The translations under genes were made by a program, and so were the position numbers. From the human T2T-CHM13v2.0 reference genome, Homo sapiens, in NCBI RefSeq assembly GCF_009914755.1, contig NC_060933.1: a stretch of 64,000 bases of DNA; one strand, given 5' to 3'. The notes beneath the pieces are model-generated. The model was not told the origin of the DNA. It worked only from the letters and a program-made list of their open reading frames with translations, and made no database searches. Each line of letters opens with the position of its first letter. Position 1 is the stretch's first letter. Shown one piece after another: positions 13,931 through 28,949 of this stretch.

Positions 13931-16849
13931 CATTCCATTCCATTCCATTCCTTTCCATTCCATTACGGATGATTCCATTCCATTGCATTCCATTCCATTC
14001 CATTCCCCTGTACTCGGGTTGATTCCATTCCATTCCATTCCAATCCATGCCATTCCACTCCTGTTGATTCCATTCTTTCCATTCCATTCAAGTTGAATAC
14101 ATTCCATTGCATTCAATTCCATTCGATTCCATTCGATTGCACTCTGGTTGATTCCATTCCATTGCATTCCATTCCATTCCATTCCATTCCATTCCATTCC
14201 ATTCCGTTCCATTCCATTCCATTACATTCGGATTGATTCTATTCATTTCCCTTACACTCCATTACATTCCATTCCATTCGGGTAGTTTCCATTCCATTCC
14301 ATTCCATTCCTCTCCATTCCATTGAACTCGGGTTGATTCCATTCCTTTGCATTCCATTCCATTCAATTCCATTCCGTTCCATTCCATTCCATTACATTCG
14401 GATTGATTCTGTTCAACTCCCTTACTCTCCATTACATTCCATTCCATTCGGGTTGTTCCATTCCATTCCATTCCATTCCACTCCATTCCATTGCACTCGG
14501 GTTGATTCCATTCAATTCCATTCCATTCCATTCCATTCCATTTCATTCCGGAAGATTCCATTCCATTGCATTCCATTCCATTCCATTTCCCTGCACTCGC
14601 GTTGATTCCATTCCATTCCATTCCATTCCATTCCATTCCATTCCTTTCCGTTCCATTCCATTCCATTCCATTCCATTCCAATCCATTCCATTCCGTTCCG
14701 TTCCGTTCCATTCCACTCCTTTCCATTCTATTCGGGTTAATTCCATTCCATTCCATTCGATTGCAATCGAGTTGATTCCATTCCATTCCATTCCATTCCA
14801 TTCCATTCCGTTCCATTCCGTTCCATTCCATTCCATTCCATTCCATTCCATTCTATTCGGATTAATTCCATTCCATTCCATTCCATTCCATTCTATTCCA
14901 TTCCATTGCAATCGAGTTGAATCCATTGCATTCCATTCCATTCCATTCCATTCCATTCCATTCCATTCCGTTCCATTCCATTACATTCGGATTGATTCTA
15001 TTCAACTCCCTAACTCTCCATTACATTCCATTCCATTCGGGTTCTACCATTCCATTCCATTCCATTCCACTCCATTCCATTGCACTCGGGTTGATTCCAT
15101 TCCATTCCATTCCATTCCATTCCATTCCATTCCATTCCATTCCGGAAGATTCCATTCCATTGCATTCCATTCCATTCCATTCCCCTGCACTCGCGTTGAT
15201 TCCATTCCATTCCATTCCATTCCATTCCGTTCCGTTCCATTCCATTCCATTCCATTCCGTTCCGTTCCATTCCATTCCATTCCATTCTATTCGGGTTAAT
15301 TCCATTCCATTCCATTCGATTGCAATCGAGTTGATTCCATTCCATTCCATTCCATTCCATTCCATTCCATTCCATTCCATTCCATTCCTTTCCATTCCAT
15401 TACGGATGATTCCATTCCATTGCATTCCATTCCATTCCATTCCCCTGTACTCGGGTTGATTCCATTCCATTCCATTCCAATCCATGCCATTCCACTCGTG
15501 TTGATTCCATTCTTTCCATTCCATTCAAGTTGAATCCATTCCATTGCATTCCATTCCATTCGATTCCACTCGATTGCACTCGGGTTGATTCCATTCCATT
15601 GCATTCCATTCCATTCCATTCCATTCCATTCCATTCCATTCCATTCCGTTCCGTTCCATTCCATTCCATTCCATTCGGATTGATTCTATTCAATTCCCTT
15701 ACACTCCATTACATTCCATTCCATTCGGGTAGTTTCCATTCCATTCCATTCCATTCCTCTCCATTCCATTGCACTCGGGTTGATTCCATTCCATTGCATT
15801 CCATTCCATTCCATTCAATTCCATTCCGTTCCATTCCATTCCATTACATTCGGATTGATTCTATTCAACTCCCTTACTCTCCATTACATTCCATTCCATT
15901 CGGGTTGTTCCATTCCACTCCATTCCATTCCACTCCATTCCATTGCAATCGGGTTGATTCCATTCCATTCCATTCCATTCCATTCCATTCCATTCCATTC
16001 CGGAAGATTCCATTCCATTGCATTCCATTACATTCCATTCCCCTGCACTCGCGTTGATTCCATTCCATTCCATTCCATTCCATTCCATTCCATTCCGTTC
16101 CGTTCCATTCCATTCCATTCCATTCCATTCCATTCCGTTCCGTTCCATTCCATTCCATTCCATTCTATTCGGTTTAATTCCATTCCATTCCATTCGACTG
16201 CAATCGAGTTGATTCCATTCCATTCCATTCCATTCCATTCCATTCCATTCCATTCCTTTCCATTCCATTACGGATGATTCCATTCCATTGCATTCCATTC
16301 CATTCCATTCCATTCCATTCCATTCCGTTCCATTCCATTCCATTACATTCGGATTTATTCTATTCAATTCCCTTACACTCCATTACATTCCATTCCATTC
16401 GGGTAGTTTCCATTCCATTCAATTCCATTCCTCTCCATTCCATTGCACTCGGGTTGATTCCATTCCATTGCATTCCATTCCATTCCATTCAATTCCATTC
16501 CGTTCCATTCCATTCCATTACATTCGGATTGATTCTATTCAACTCCATTACTCTCCATTCCATTCCATTCCATTCGGGTTGTTCCATTCCATTCCATTCC
16601 ATTCCACTCCATTCCATTGCACTCGGGTTGATTCCATTCCATTCCATTCCATTCCATTCCATTCCATTCCATTCCATTCCATTCCATTCCGGAAGATTCC
16701 ATTCCATTGCATTCCATTCCATTCCATTCCATTCCATTCCGGAAGATTCCATTCCATTGCATTCCATTCCATTCCATTCCATTCCATTCCATTCCGTTCC
16801 GTTCCGTTCCGTTCCATTCCATTCCATTCCATTCCATTCCGTTCCGTTC

Positions 16850-19800
16850 CATTCCATTCCATTCCATTCTATTTGGGTTAATTCCATTCCATTCCATTCG
16901 ATTGCAATCGAGTTGATTCCATTCCATTCCATTCCATTCCATTCCATTCCATTCCATTCCTTTCCATTCCATTACGGATGATTCCATTCCATTGCATTCC
17001 ATTCCATTCCATTCCCCTGCACTCGGGTTGATTCCATTACATTCCATTCCAATCCATGCCATTCCACTCGTGTTGATTCCATTCTTTCCATTCCATTCAA
17101 GTTGAATCCATTCCATTACATTGCATTCCATTCGATTCCATTCGATTGCACTCGGGTTGTTTCCATTCCATTCCATTCCATTCCATTCCGTTCCATTCCA
17201 TTCCATTACATTCGGATTGATTCTATTCAATTCCCTTACACTCCATTATATTCCATTCCATTCGGGTAGTTTCCATTCCATTCCATTCCATTCCTCTCCA
17301 TTCCATTGCACTCGGGTTGATTCCATTCCATTGCATTCCATTCCATTCCATTCAATTCCATTCCGTTCCATTCCATTCCATTACATTCGGAATGATTCTA
17401 TTCAACTCCTTTACTCTCCATTACATTCCATTCCATTCGGGTTGTTCCATTCCATTCCATTCCATTCCACTCCATTCCATTGCACTCGGGTTGATTCCAT
17501 TCCATTCCATTCCATTCCATTCCCCTGCACTCGCGTTGATTCCATTCCATTCCATTCTGTTCCATTCCATTCCTTTCCGTTCCATTCCATTCCATTCCAT
17601 TCCATTCCATTCCGTTCCGTTCCGTTCCATTCCATTCCATTCCATTCTATTCGGGTTAATTCCATTCCAATCCATTCGATTGCAATCGAGTTGATTCCAT
17701 TCCATTCCATTCCATTCCATTCCATTCCATTCCTTTCCATTCCATTACGGATGATTCCATTCCATTGCATTCCATTCCATTCCATTCCCCTGTACTCGGG
17801 TTGATTCCATTCCATTCCATTCCAATCCATGCCATTCCACTCGTGTTGATTCCATTCTTTCCATTCCATTCAAGTTGAATCCATTCCATTGCATTCCATT
17901 CCATTCCATTCCCCTGCAGTCGGGTTGATTCCGTTCCATTCCATTCCATTCCATTCCATTCCATTCCATTCCATTCCATTCCGTTCCATTTAATTCCATT
18001 CCATTCTATTCGGGTTAATTCCATTCCATTAAATTCCATTCCATTCCATTCCATTCCATTCCATTGCAATCAGTTGATTCCATTGCATTCCATTCCATTC
18101 CATTCCATTCCATTCCATTCCATTCCATTCCATTGCATTCCGTTCCGTTCTCTTCCGTTCCATTCCATTCCACTCCATTCCATTCCATTCCATTCCTTTC
18201 CATTCCATTACGGATGATTCCATTCCATTGCATTCCATTCCATTCCATTCCCCTGTACTCAGGTTGATTCCATTCCATTCCATTCCAATCCATGCCATTC
18301 CACTCGTGTTGATTCCATTCTTTCCATTCCATTCAAGTTGAATCCATTCCATTGCATTCCATTCCATTCGATTCCATTCGATTGCACTCGGGTTGATTCC
18401 ATGGCAGTGCATTCCATTGCATTCCGTTGCATTCCATTCCATTAATTTCCATTCCATTCTATTCGGATTCATTCTTTTCAATTCCCTTACACTCCATTAC
18501 ATTCCATTCGATTCGTGTAGTTTCCATTCCATTCCATTCCATTCCTCTCCATTCCATTGCACTCGGGTTGATTCCATTCCATTCCATTCCATTCCATTCC
18601 ATTCCATTCCGGATGATTCCATTCCATTGAATTCCATTCCATTCCATTCCCCTGCACTTGGGTTGATTCCATTCCATTCCATTCCATTCCTTTCTGTTCC
18701 ATTCCATTCCATTCCATTCCATTCTATTCGTGTTAATTCCATTCCATTCTATTCCATTCCATTTCCATTGAAATCGAGTTGATTCCATTCCATTCCATTC
18801 CATTCCATTCCATTCCATTCCATTCCGGATGATTCCATTCCATTGCATTCCATTCCATTCCATTCCCCTGCACTCGGGTTGATTCCATTCCATTCCATTC
18901 CATTACATTCCATTCCATTCCGTTCCATTTCGTTGTATTCGGGTTAATTCCATTCCATTCCATTTCACTCCATTCCAGTCCTTTCCATTCCATTCCACTC
19001 AGGTTGATTCCATTCTATTGCTTTCAATTCCATTCCATTCCATTGCAATCGAGTTGATTCCATTCGAGTTGAATCCATTCCATTCCATTCCATTCCATTC
19101 CATTGCATTGCACACGGGTTCATTCCATTCCATTCCATTCCATTCCATTCTATTCCATTTCATTCCATTCCATTCTATTCCGTACCATTCCATTCCATCC
19201 CATTCCATTCCGTTCCATTCCATGCCATTACACTCGGGTTGATTGCATTCCTTTCCATTCCATTCTTGTTGAATCCATTCCATTCCATTCCATTCCATTC
19301 GAATCCATTCCATTGCACTCGGGTTGATTCCATTCCATTCCATTCCATTCCATTCCATTTCATTCCATTCCATTCCATTACATTCGGATTGATTCTATTC
19401 AATTCCCTTACATTCCATTACATTCCATTCCATTCGGGATGTTTCCATTCCATTCCATTCCATTCCACTCCATTCCATTGCATCAGGTTGATTGCATTCC
19501 ATTCTATTCCATTCCATTCCGGATGATTCCATTCCATTGCATTCCATTCCATTCCATTCCCCTGCACTCGGGTTGATTCCATTCCATTCCATTCCATTTC
19601 ATTCCATTCCATTCCATTCCATTCCATTCCATTCTATTCGGTTTAATTCCATTCCATTCCATTCCATTCCATTCCATTCCATTCCATTCCATTCCAATCG
19701 AGTTGATTCCATTCCATTCCATTCCATTCCATTCCACTCCATTCCAGTCCTTTCCATTCCATTACATTCGGGTTGATTCCATTCTATTCCTTTCCATTCC

Positions 19801-19950
19801 ATTCCATTCCATTGCAATCGAGTTGATTCCATTGCTTTGCATTCCATTCCATTCCATTCCATTCCGGATGATTCCATTCCATTTCATTCCATTCCATTCC
19901 ATTCCCCTGCACTCGGGTTGATTCCATTCCATTCCATTCCATTTCATTCC
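16850..19950 (+). repeat. Copy 1 of a ~3 kb block duplicated at ~24830-27540
   Basis: Shared unique variants cggaatgattctattcaactcctttac (~17388/25351), atggcagtgc (18401/25961), attcgtgtag (18511/26071), cgttgtattc (18931/26481) and ctattgctttcaattc (~19015/26565). The offset is ~7.96 kb, falling to ~7.55 kb. Confidence 0.85.
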
Positions 19951-20250
19951 ATTCCATTCCATTCCATTCCATTCCATTCTATTCGGTTTAATTCCATTCC
20001 ATTCCATTCCATTCCATTCCAATCGAGTTGATTCCATTCCATTCCATTCCATTCCATTCCACTCCATTCCAGTCCTTTCCATTCCATTACACTCGGGTTG
20101 ATTCCATTCTATTCCTTTCCATTCCATTCCATTCCATTGCAATCGAGTTGATTCAATTGCTTTGCATTCCATTCCATTCCATTCCATTCCGGATGATTCC
20201 ATTCCATTGCATTCCATTCCATTCCATTCCCCTGCACTCGGGTTGATTCC
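19600..20250 (+). repeat. Tandem duplication, ~325 bp x2
   Basis: ccagtcctttcc...attgctttgcattcc...ccggatg...cctgcactcggg is repeated at an offset of ~325 (near-identical ORF translations start at 19703 and 20028). Confidence 0.75.
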
Positions 20251-23200
20251 ATTCCATTCCACTCCATTCCGTTCCATTCCATTGCATTCCATTGTATTCG
20301 GGTTAATTCCATTCCATTCCATTCCATTCCATTCCATTCCATTCCATTCCAGGCCTTTCCATTCCATTCCAGTCGGGTTGATTCCATTCTATTAGTTTCC
20401 ATTCCATTCCATTCCCTTCCATTCCACTCTGGTTGATTCCATTCCTTTCCATTCCACTCGAATACATTCCATCCTATTCCACTCGGAACGATTCCATTCC
20501 ATTCCATTCCCTTCCATTCCATTCAATTACAGTTCGTTCCATTCCATTCTATTCCGTACCATTCCATTCCATTCCATTCCTTTCCATTGCATCCCTTTCC
20601 ACTCGTGTTGATTCCATTCCTTTCCATTCCATTCGGTTTGAAGGCATTCCATTCCATTCAATTCCATTCCATTGCATTCCATTCCATTCCATTCCATTCT
20701 ATTCCATTCCATTCCAATCGAGTTGAATCCATTGCCTTTCATTCCATTCCATTCCATTCCATTCCATTCCATTCCGGAAGATTGCATTCCATTGCATTCC
20801 ATTCCATTCCATTCCCCTGCACTCGCGTTGATTCCATTCCATTCCATTCCATTCCATTCCGTTCCGTTCCATTCCATTCCATTCCATTCCATTCCATTCC
20901 GTTCCGTTCCATTCCATTCCATTCTATTCTATTCGGGTTAATTCCATTCCATTCCATTCGATTGCCTTCGAGTTGATTCTATTCTATTCCATTCCATTCC
21001 ATTCCATTCCATTCCTTTCCATTCCATTACGGATGACTCCATTCCATTGCATTCCATTCCATTCCATTCCCCTGTACTCGGGTTGATTCCATTCCATTCC
21101 ATTCCACTCCATTCGGTTCCGTTGCATTCCATTCTATTGCATTCCATTCTATTCGGGTTAATTCCATTCCATTCTATTCCATTCCATTCCATTCCATTCC
21201 ATTGCAATGGAGTTGATTCCATTCCATTCCATTCCATTCCGGATGATTCCATTCCATTGCATTCCATTCCATTCCATTCCCCTGCACTCGTGTTGATTCC
21301 ATTCCCTTCCATTCCATTCCATTCCGTTCCATTCCATTCCATTCCATTCTATTCCGGTTAATTCCATTCCATTCCATTCCATTCCATTGCATTCCATTCC
21401 ATTCCATTCCATTGCAATCGAGTTGATTCCATTCCATTCCTTTCCATTCCATTCCATTCCATTCCATTCCATTCCATTCCACTCCATTCCATTGCACTCG
21501 GGTTGATTCCATTCCATTCCATTCCATTCCATTCCATTCCATTCCGGATGATTCCATTCCATTGCATTCCTTTCCATTACTTTCCCCTGCACTCGCGTTG
21601 ATTCCATTCCATTCCATTCCATTCCATTCAATTCCATTCTATTACAATTCGTTCCATTCCATTCTATTCCGTATCATTCCATTCCATTCCATACCATTCC
21701 ATTCCATTCCATTCCATTGAATTCCATTCCATTCCGTTCCATTCCGTTCTTTTCCATTCCATTCCATTCTATTCGGGTTAATTCCATTCCATTCCATTCC
21801 ATTCTATTCCATTCCATTGCAATCGAGTTGAATCCATTGCATTTCATTCCATTCCATTCCATTCCATTCCATTCCGGAAGATTCCATTCCATTGCATTCC
21901 ATTCCATTCCATTCCCCTGCACTCGCGTTGATTCCATTCCAGTCCATTCCATTCCATTCCATTCCATTCCGTTCCGTTCCATTCCATTCCATTCCATTCC
22001 TTTCCGTTCCGTTCCATTCCATTCCATTCCATTCTATTCGGTTTAATTCCATTCCATTCCATTCGATTGCAATCGTGTTGATTCCATTCCATTCCATTCC
22101 TTTCCATTCCATTACGGATGATTCCATTCCATTGCATTCCATTCCATTCCATTCCCCGGTACTCGGATTGATTCCATTCCATTGCATTCCAATCCATGCC
22201 CTTCCACTCGTGTTGATTCCATTCTTTCCATTCCATTCAAGTTGAATCCATTCCATTGCATTCCATTCCATTCGATTCCATTCGATTGCACTTGGGTTGA
22301 TTCCATTCCATTGCATTCCATTCCATTCCATTCCATTCCATTCCATTCCGTTCCATTCCATTGCATTACATTCGGATTGATTCTATTCAATTCCCTTACA
22401 CTCCATTACATTCTATTCCATTCGGGTAGTTTCCATTCCATTCCATTCCATTCCTCTCCATTCCATTGCACTCGGGTTGATTCCATTCCATTGCATTCCA
22501 TTCCATTCCATTCAATTCCATTCCGTTCCATTCCATTCCATTACATTCGGATTGATTCTACTCAACTCCCTTACTCTCCATTCCATTCCATTCCATTCGG
22601 GTTGTTCCATTCCATTCCATTCCATTCCACTCCATTCCATTGCACTCGGGTTGATTCCATTCCATTGCATTCCATTCCATTCCATTCCATTCCGGAAGAT
22701 TCCATTCCATTGCATTCCATTCCATTCCATTCCCCTGCACTCGCGTTGATTCCATTCCATTCCATTCCATTCCATTCCCTTCATTTCCGTTCCATTCCAT
22801 TCCATTCCATTCCGTTCCGTTCTATTCCATTCCATTCCATTCTATTCGGGTTAATTCCATTCCATTCCATTCGATTGCAATCGAGTTGATTCCATTCCAT
22901 TCCATTCCATTCCATTCCATTCCATTCCATTCCTTTCCATTCCATTACGGAAGATTCCATTCCATTGCATTCCATTCCATTCCATTCCCCTGCACTCGCG
23001 TTGATTCCATTCCATTCCATTCCATTCCGTTCCGTTCCATTCCATTCCATTCCATTCCATTCCATTCCGTTCCGTTCCATTCCATTCCATTCCATTCTAT
23101 TCGGGTTAATTCCATTCCATTCCGTGCGATTGCAATCGAGTTGATTCCATTCCATTCCATTCCATTCCATTCCATTCCATTCCATTCCTTTCCTTTCCAT

Positions 23201-26200
23201 TCCATTACGGATGATTCCATTCCAATGCATTCCATTCCATTCCATTCCCCTGTACTCGGGTTGATTCCATTCCATTCCATTCCAATCCATGCCATTCCAC
23301 TCGTGTTGATTCCATTCTTTCCATTCCATTCAAGTTGAATCCATTCCATTGCATTCCATTCCATTCGATTCCATTCGATTGCACTCGGGTTGATTCCATT
23401 CCATTGCATTCCATTCCATTCCATTCCATTCCATTCCATTCCATTCCATTCCATTCCGTTCCTTTCCATTCCATTACATTCGGATTGATTCTATTCAATT
23501 CCCTTACACTCCATTACATTCCATTCCATTCGGGTAGTTTCCATTCCATTCCATTCCATTCCTCTCCGTTCCATTGCACTCGGGTTGTTTCCATTCCATT
23601 GCATTCCATTCCATTCCATTCAATTCCATTCCGTTCCATTCCATTCCATTACATTCGGATTGATTCTATTCAACTCCCTTACTCTCCATTACATTCCATT
23701 CCATTCGGGTTGTTCCATTCCATTCCATTCCATACCACTCCATTCCATTGCACTCGGGTTGATTCCATTCCATTCCATTCCATTCCATTCCATTCCATTC
23801 CATTCCGGAAGATTCCATTCCATTGCATTCCATTCCATTCCATTCCCCTGCACTCGCGTTGATTCCATTCCATTCCATTCTATTCCATTCCATTCCCTTC
23901 CATTCCGTTCCATTCCATTCCATTCCATTCCATTCCATTCCATTCCGTTCCGTTCCATTCCATTCCATTCCATTCTATTCGGGTTAATTCCATTCCATTC
24001 CATTCGATTGCAATCGAGTTGATTCCATTCCATTCCATTCCATTCCATTCCATTCCATTCCATTCCATTCCTTTCCATTCCATTACGGATGATTCCATTC
24101 CATTGCATTCCATTCCATTCCATTCCCCTGTACTCGGGTTGATTCTATTCCATTCCATTCCAATCCATGCCATTCCACTCGTGTTGATTCCATTCTTTCC
24201 ATTCCATTCAAGTTGAATCCAATCCATTGCATTCCATTCCATTCGATTCCATTCGATTGCACTCGGGTTGATTCCATTCCATTGCATTCCATTCCATTCC
24301 ATTCCATTCCATTCCATTCCGTTCCATTCCATTCCATTACATTCGGATTGATTCTATTCAATTCCCTTACACTCCATTACATTCCATTCCATTCGGGTAG
24401 TTTCCATTCCATTCCATTCCATTCCTCTCCATTCTGTTGAACTCGGGTTGATTCCATTCCATGCATTCCATTCCATTCCATTCAATTCCATTCCGTTCCA
24501 TTCCATTCCATTACATTCGGATTGATTCTATTCAACTCCCTTACTCTCCATTACATTCCATTCCATTCGGGTTGTTCCATTCCATTCCATTCCATTCCAC
24601 TCCATTGCATTGCACTCGGGTTGATTCCATTCCATTCCATTCCATTCCATTCCATTCCATTCCATTCCGGAAGATACCATTCCATTGCATTCCATTCCAT
24701 TCCATTCCCCTGCACTCGCGTTGATTCCATTCCATTGCATTCCATTCCATTCCATTCCGTTCCGTTCCGTTCCGTTCCGTTCCATTCCATTCCATTCCAT
24801 TCCGTTCCGTTCCATTCCATTCCATTCCATTCTATTTGGGTTAATTCCGTTCCATTCCATTCGATTGCAATCGAGTTGATTCCATTCCATTCCATTCAAT
24901 TCCATTCCATTCCATTCCATTCCTTTCCATTCCATTACGGATGATTCCATTCCATTGCATTCCATTCCATTCCATTCCCCTGCACTCGGGTTGATTCCAT
25001 TACATTCCATTCCAATCCATGCCATTCCACTCGTGTTGATTCCATTCTTTCCATTCCATTCAAGTTGAATCCATTCCATTACATTGCATTCCATTCGATT
25101 CCATTCGATTGCACTCGGGTTGTTTCCATTCCATTCCATTCCATTCCATTCCGTTCCATTCCATTCCATTACATTCGGATTGATTCTATTCAATTCCCTT
25201 ACACTCCATTACATTCCATTCCATTCGGGTAGTTTCCATTCCATTCCATTCCATTCCTCTCCATTCCATTGCACTCGGGTTGATTCCATTCCATTGCATT
25301 CCATTCCATTCCATTCAATTCCATTCCGTTCCATTCCATTCCATTACATTCGGAATGATTCTATTCAACTCCTTTACTCTCCATTACATTCCATTCCATT
25401 CGGGTTGTTCCATTCCATTCCATTCCATTCCACTCCATTCCATTGCACTCGGGTTGATTCCATTCCATTCCATTCCATTCCATTCCATTCCATTCCGGAA
25501 GATTCCATTCCATTGCATTAAATTCCATTCCATTCCCCTGCACTCGCGTTGATTCCATTCCATTCCATTCCATTCCATTCTGTTCCATTCCATTCCTTTC
25601 CGTTCCATTCCATTCCATTCCATTCCATTCCATTCCGTTCCGTTCCGTTCCATTCCATTCCATTCCATTCTATTCGGGTTAATTCCATTCCAATCCATTC
25701 GATTGCAATCGAGTTGATTCCATTCCATTCCATTCCATTCCATTCCATTCCATTCCTTTCCATTCCATTACGGATGATTCCATTCCATTGCATTCCATTC
25801 CATTCCATTCCCCTGTACTCGGGTTGATTCCATTCCATTCCATTCCAATCCATGCCATTCCACTCGTGTTGATTCCATTCTTTCCATTCCATTCAAGTTG
25901 AATCCATTCCATTGCATTCCATTCCATTCGATTCCATTCGATTGCACTCGGGTTGATTCCATGGCAGTGCATTCCATTGCATTCCGTTGCATTCCATTCC
26001 ATTAATTTCCATTCCATTCCATTCGGATTCATTCTATTCAATTCCCTTACACTCCATTACATTCCATTCGATTCGTGTAGTTTCCATTCCATTCCATTCC
26101 ATTCCTCTCCATTCCATTGCACTCGGGTTGATTCCATTCCATTCCATTCCATTCCATTCCATTCCGGATGATTCCATTCCATTGAATTCCATTCCATTCC

Positions 26201-28949
26201 ATTCCCCTGCACTTGGGTTGATTCCATTCCATTCCATTCCATTCCTTTCTGTTCCATTCAATTCCATTCCATTCCATTCTATTCGTGTTAATTCCATTCC
26301 ATTCTATTCCATTCCATTTCCATTGAAATCGAGTTGATTCCATTCCATTCCATTCCATTCCATTCCATTCCATTCCGGATGATTCCATTCCATTGCATTC
26401 CATTCCATTCCATTCCCCTGCACTCGGGTTGATTCCATTCCATTCCATTCCATTACATTCCATTCCATTCCGTTCCATTTCGTTGTATTCGGGTTAATTC
26501 CATTCCATTCCATTTCACTCCATTCCAGTCCTTTCCATTCCATTCCACTCAGGTTGATTCCATTCTATTGCTTTCAATTCCATTCCATTCCATTGCAATC
26601 GAGTTGATTCCATTCGAGTTGAATCCATTCCATTCCATTCCATTCCATTCCATTGCATTGCACACGGGTTCATTCCATTCCATTCCATTCCATTCCATTC
26701 TATTCCATTTCATTCCATTCCATTCTATTCCGTACCATTCCATTCCATCCCATTCCATTCCGTTCCATTCCATGCCATTACACTCGGGTTGATTGCATTA
26801 CTTTCCATTCCATTCTTGTTGAATCCATTCCATTCCATTCCATTCCATTCGAATCCATTCCATTGCACTCGGGTTGATTCCATTCCATTCCATTCCATTC
26901 CATTCCATTTCATTCCATTCCATTCCATTACATTCGGATTGATTCTATTCAATTCCCTTACATTCCATTACATTCCATTCCATTCGGGATGTTTCCATTC
27001 CATTCCATTCCATTCCACTCCATTCCATTGCATCAGGTTGATTGCATTCCATTCTATTCCATTCCATTCCGGATGGTTCCATTCCATTGCATTCCATTCC
27101 ATTCCATTCCCCTGCACTCGGGTTGATTCCATTCCATTCCATTCCATTTCATTCCATTCCATTCCATTCCATTCCATTCCATTCTATTCGGTTTAATTCC
27201 ATTCCATTCCATTCCATTCCATTCCATTCCATTCCATTCCATTCCAATCGAGTTGATTCCATTCCATTCCATTCCATTCCATTCCACTCCATTCCAGTCC
27301 TTTCCATTCCATTACACTCGGGTTGATTCCATTCTATTCCTTTCCATTCCATTCCATTCCATTGCAATCGAGTTGATTCCATTGCTTTGCATTCCATTCC
27401 ATTCCATTCCATTCCGGATGATTCCGTTCCATTGCATTCCATTCCATTCCATTCCCCTGCACTCGGGTTGATTCCATTCCATTCCATTCCATTTCATTCC
27501 ATTCCATTCCATTCCATTCCATTCCATTCCATTCTATTCGGTTTAATTCCATTCCATTCCATTCCATTCGATTACAATCGAGTTGATTCCATTCCATTCC
27601 ATTCCATTCCATTCCATTCCATTCCTTTCCATTCCATTACGTATGATTCCATTCCATTGCATTCCATTCCATTCCATTCCCCTGCACTCGGGTTGATTCC
27701 CTTCCATTCCACTCCATTCTTTCCGTTCCATTCCCTTCCATTCCATTCCTTTCTATTCGTGTTAATTCCATTCCATTTTATTCCATTCCATTCCATTGAA
27801 ATCGAGTTGATTCCATTCCATTCCATTCCATTCCATTCCATTCCATTCCGGATGATTCCATTCCATCGCATTCCATTCAATTCCATTCCCCTGCACTCGG
27901 GTTGATTCCATTCCATTCCATTACATTCCGTTCCACTCCATTCCATTCCATTCTTTTCGGGTTAATTCCATTCCATTCCATTCCATTGCATTCCATTCCA
28001 TTCCATTGCAATAGAGTTGATTCCATTCCATTCCATTCCATTCCATTCCAATCGATTTGATTCCATTCCATTCCATTCCATTCCACTCCATTCCAGTCCT
28101 TTCCATTCCATTCCACTCTGGTTCATTCCATTCTATTCCTTTCCATTCCATTCCATACCATTGCAATCGAGTTGATTCCTTTCGAGTTGAATCCATTCCA
28201 TTCCGTTCCATTCCATTACATTGCACACGGGTTCATTCCATTCCATTCCATTCCATTCCATTCCATTCCATTTCATTCCATTCCATTCTATTCCGTACCA
28301 TTCCATTCCATCCCATTCCATTCCATTCCATTCCATGCCATTACACTCGGGTTGATTCCATTCCTTTCCATTCCATTCTTGTTGAATCCATTCCATTCCA
28401 TTCTATTCGATTCCATTCCATTGCACTCAGGTTGATTCCATTCCATTCCATTCCATTCGATTTCATTCCATTCCATTCCATTACATTCGGATTGATTCTA
28501 TTCAATTCCCTTACACTCCATTACATTCCATTCCATTCGGGATGTTTCCATTCCATTCCATTCCATTCCACTCCATTCCATTGCATCGGGTTGATTCCAT
28601 TCCATTCCATTCCATTCCATTCAATTCCATTCCATTCCATTCCATTCGATTCCGGATGATTCCATTCCATTGCATTCCATTCCATTCCATTCCCCTGCAC
28701 TCGGGTTGATTACATTCCATTCCCTCCCCTTCCATTCCTTTCCATTGCATTCCATTCCATTCTATTCGGGTGAATTCCATTCCATTCCATTCCATTCCAT
28801 TTCATTCCATTCCATTCCATTGCAATCGAGTTGATTCCATTCCACTCCATTCCATTCCTTTCCAGATTATTCCATTCCATTGCATTCCATTCCATTCCAT
28901 TCCCCTGCACTCGGGTTGATTCCTTTCCATTGCATTCCATTCCATTCCA

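Larger units (their letters stand above)
10700..26000 (+). repeat. ~0.85 kb higher-order repeat unit, irregularly expanded
   Basis: The marker ttcaagttgaa recurs at 10863, 12051, 12904, 14087, 15524, 17096, 17869, 18332, 22236, 23329, 24207, 25059 and 25892. Minimal full spacings are 853, 878, 852 and 833 bp, with the same motif order inside each unit. Confidence 0.7.

Noticed and set aside
24425-24470. Local oddity attctgttgaactcggg...attccatgcattcc
   Set aside because: A few clustered substitutions and a 1-bp deletion in a single copy cannot be told apart from a private mutation or consensus error, and they imply no structure.
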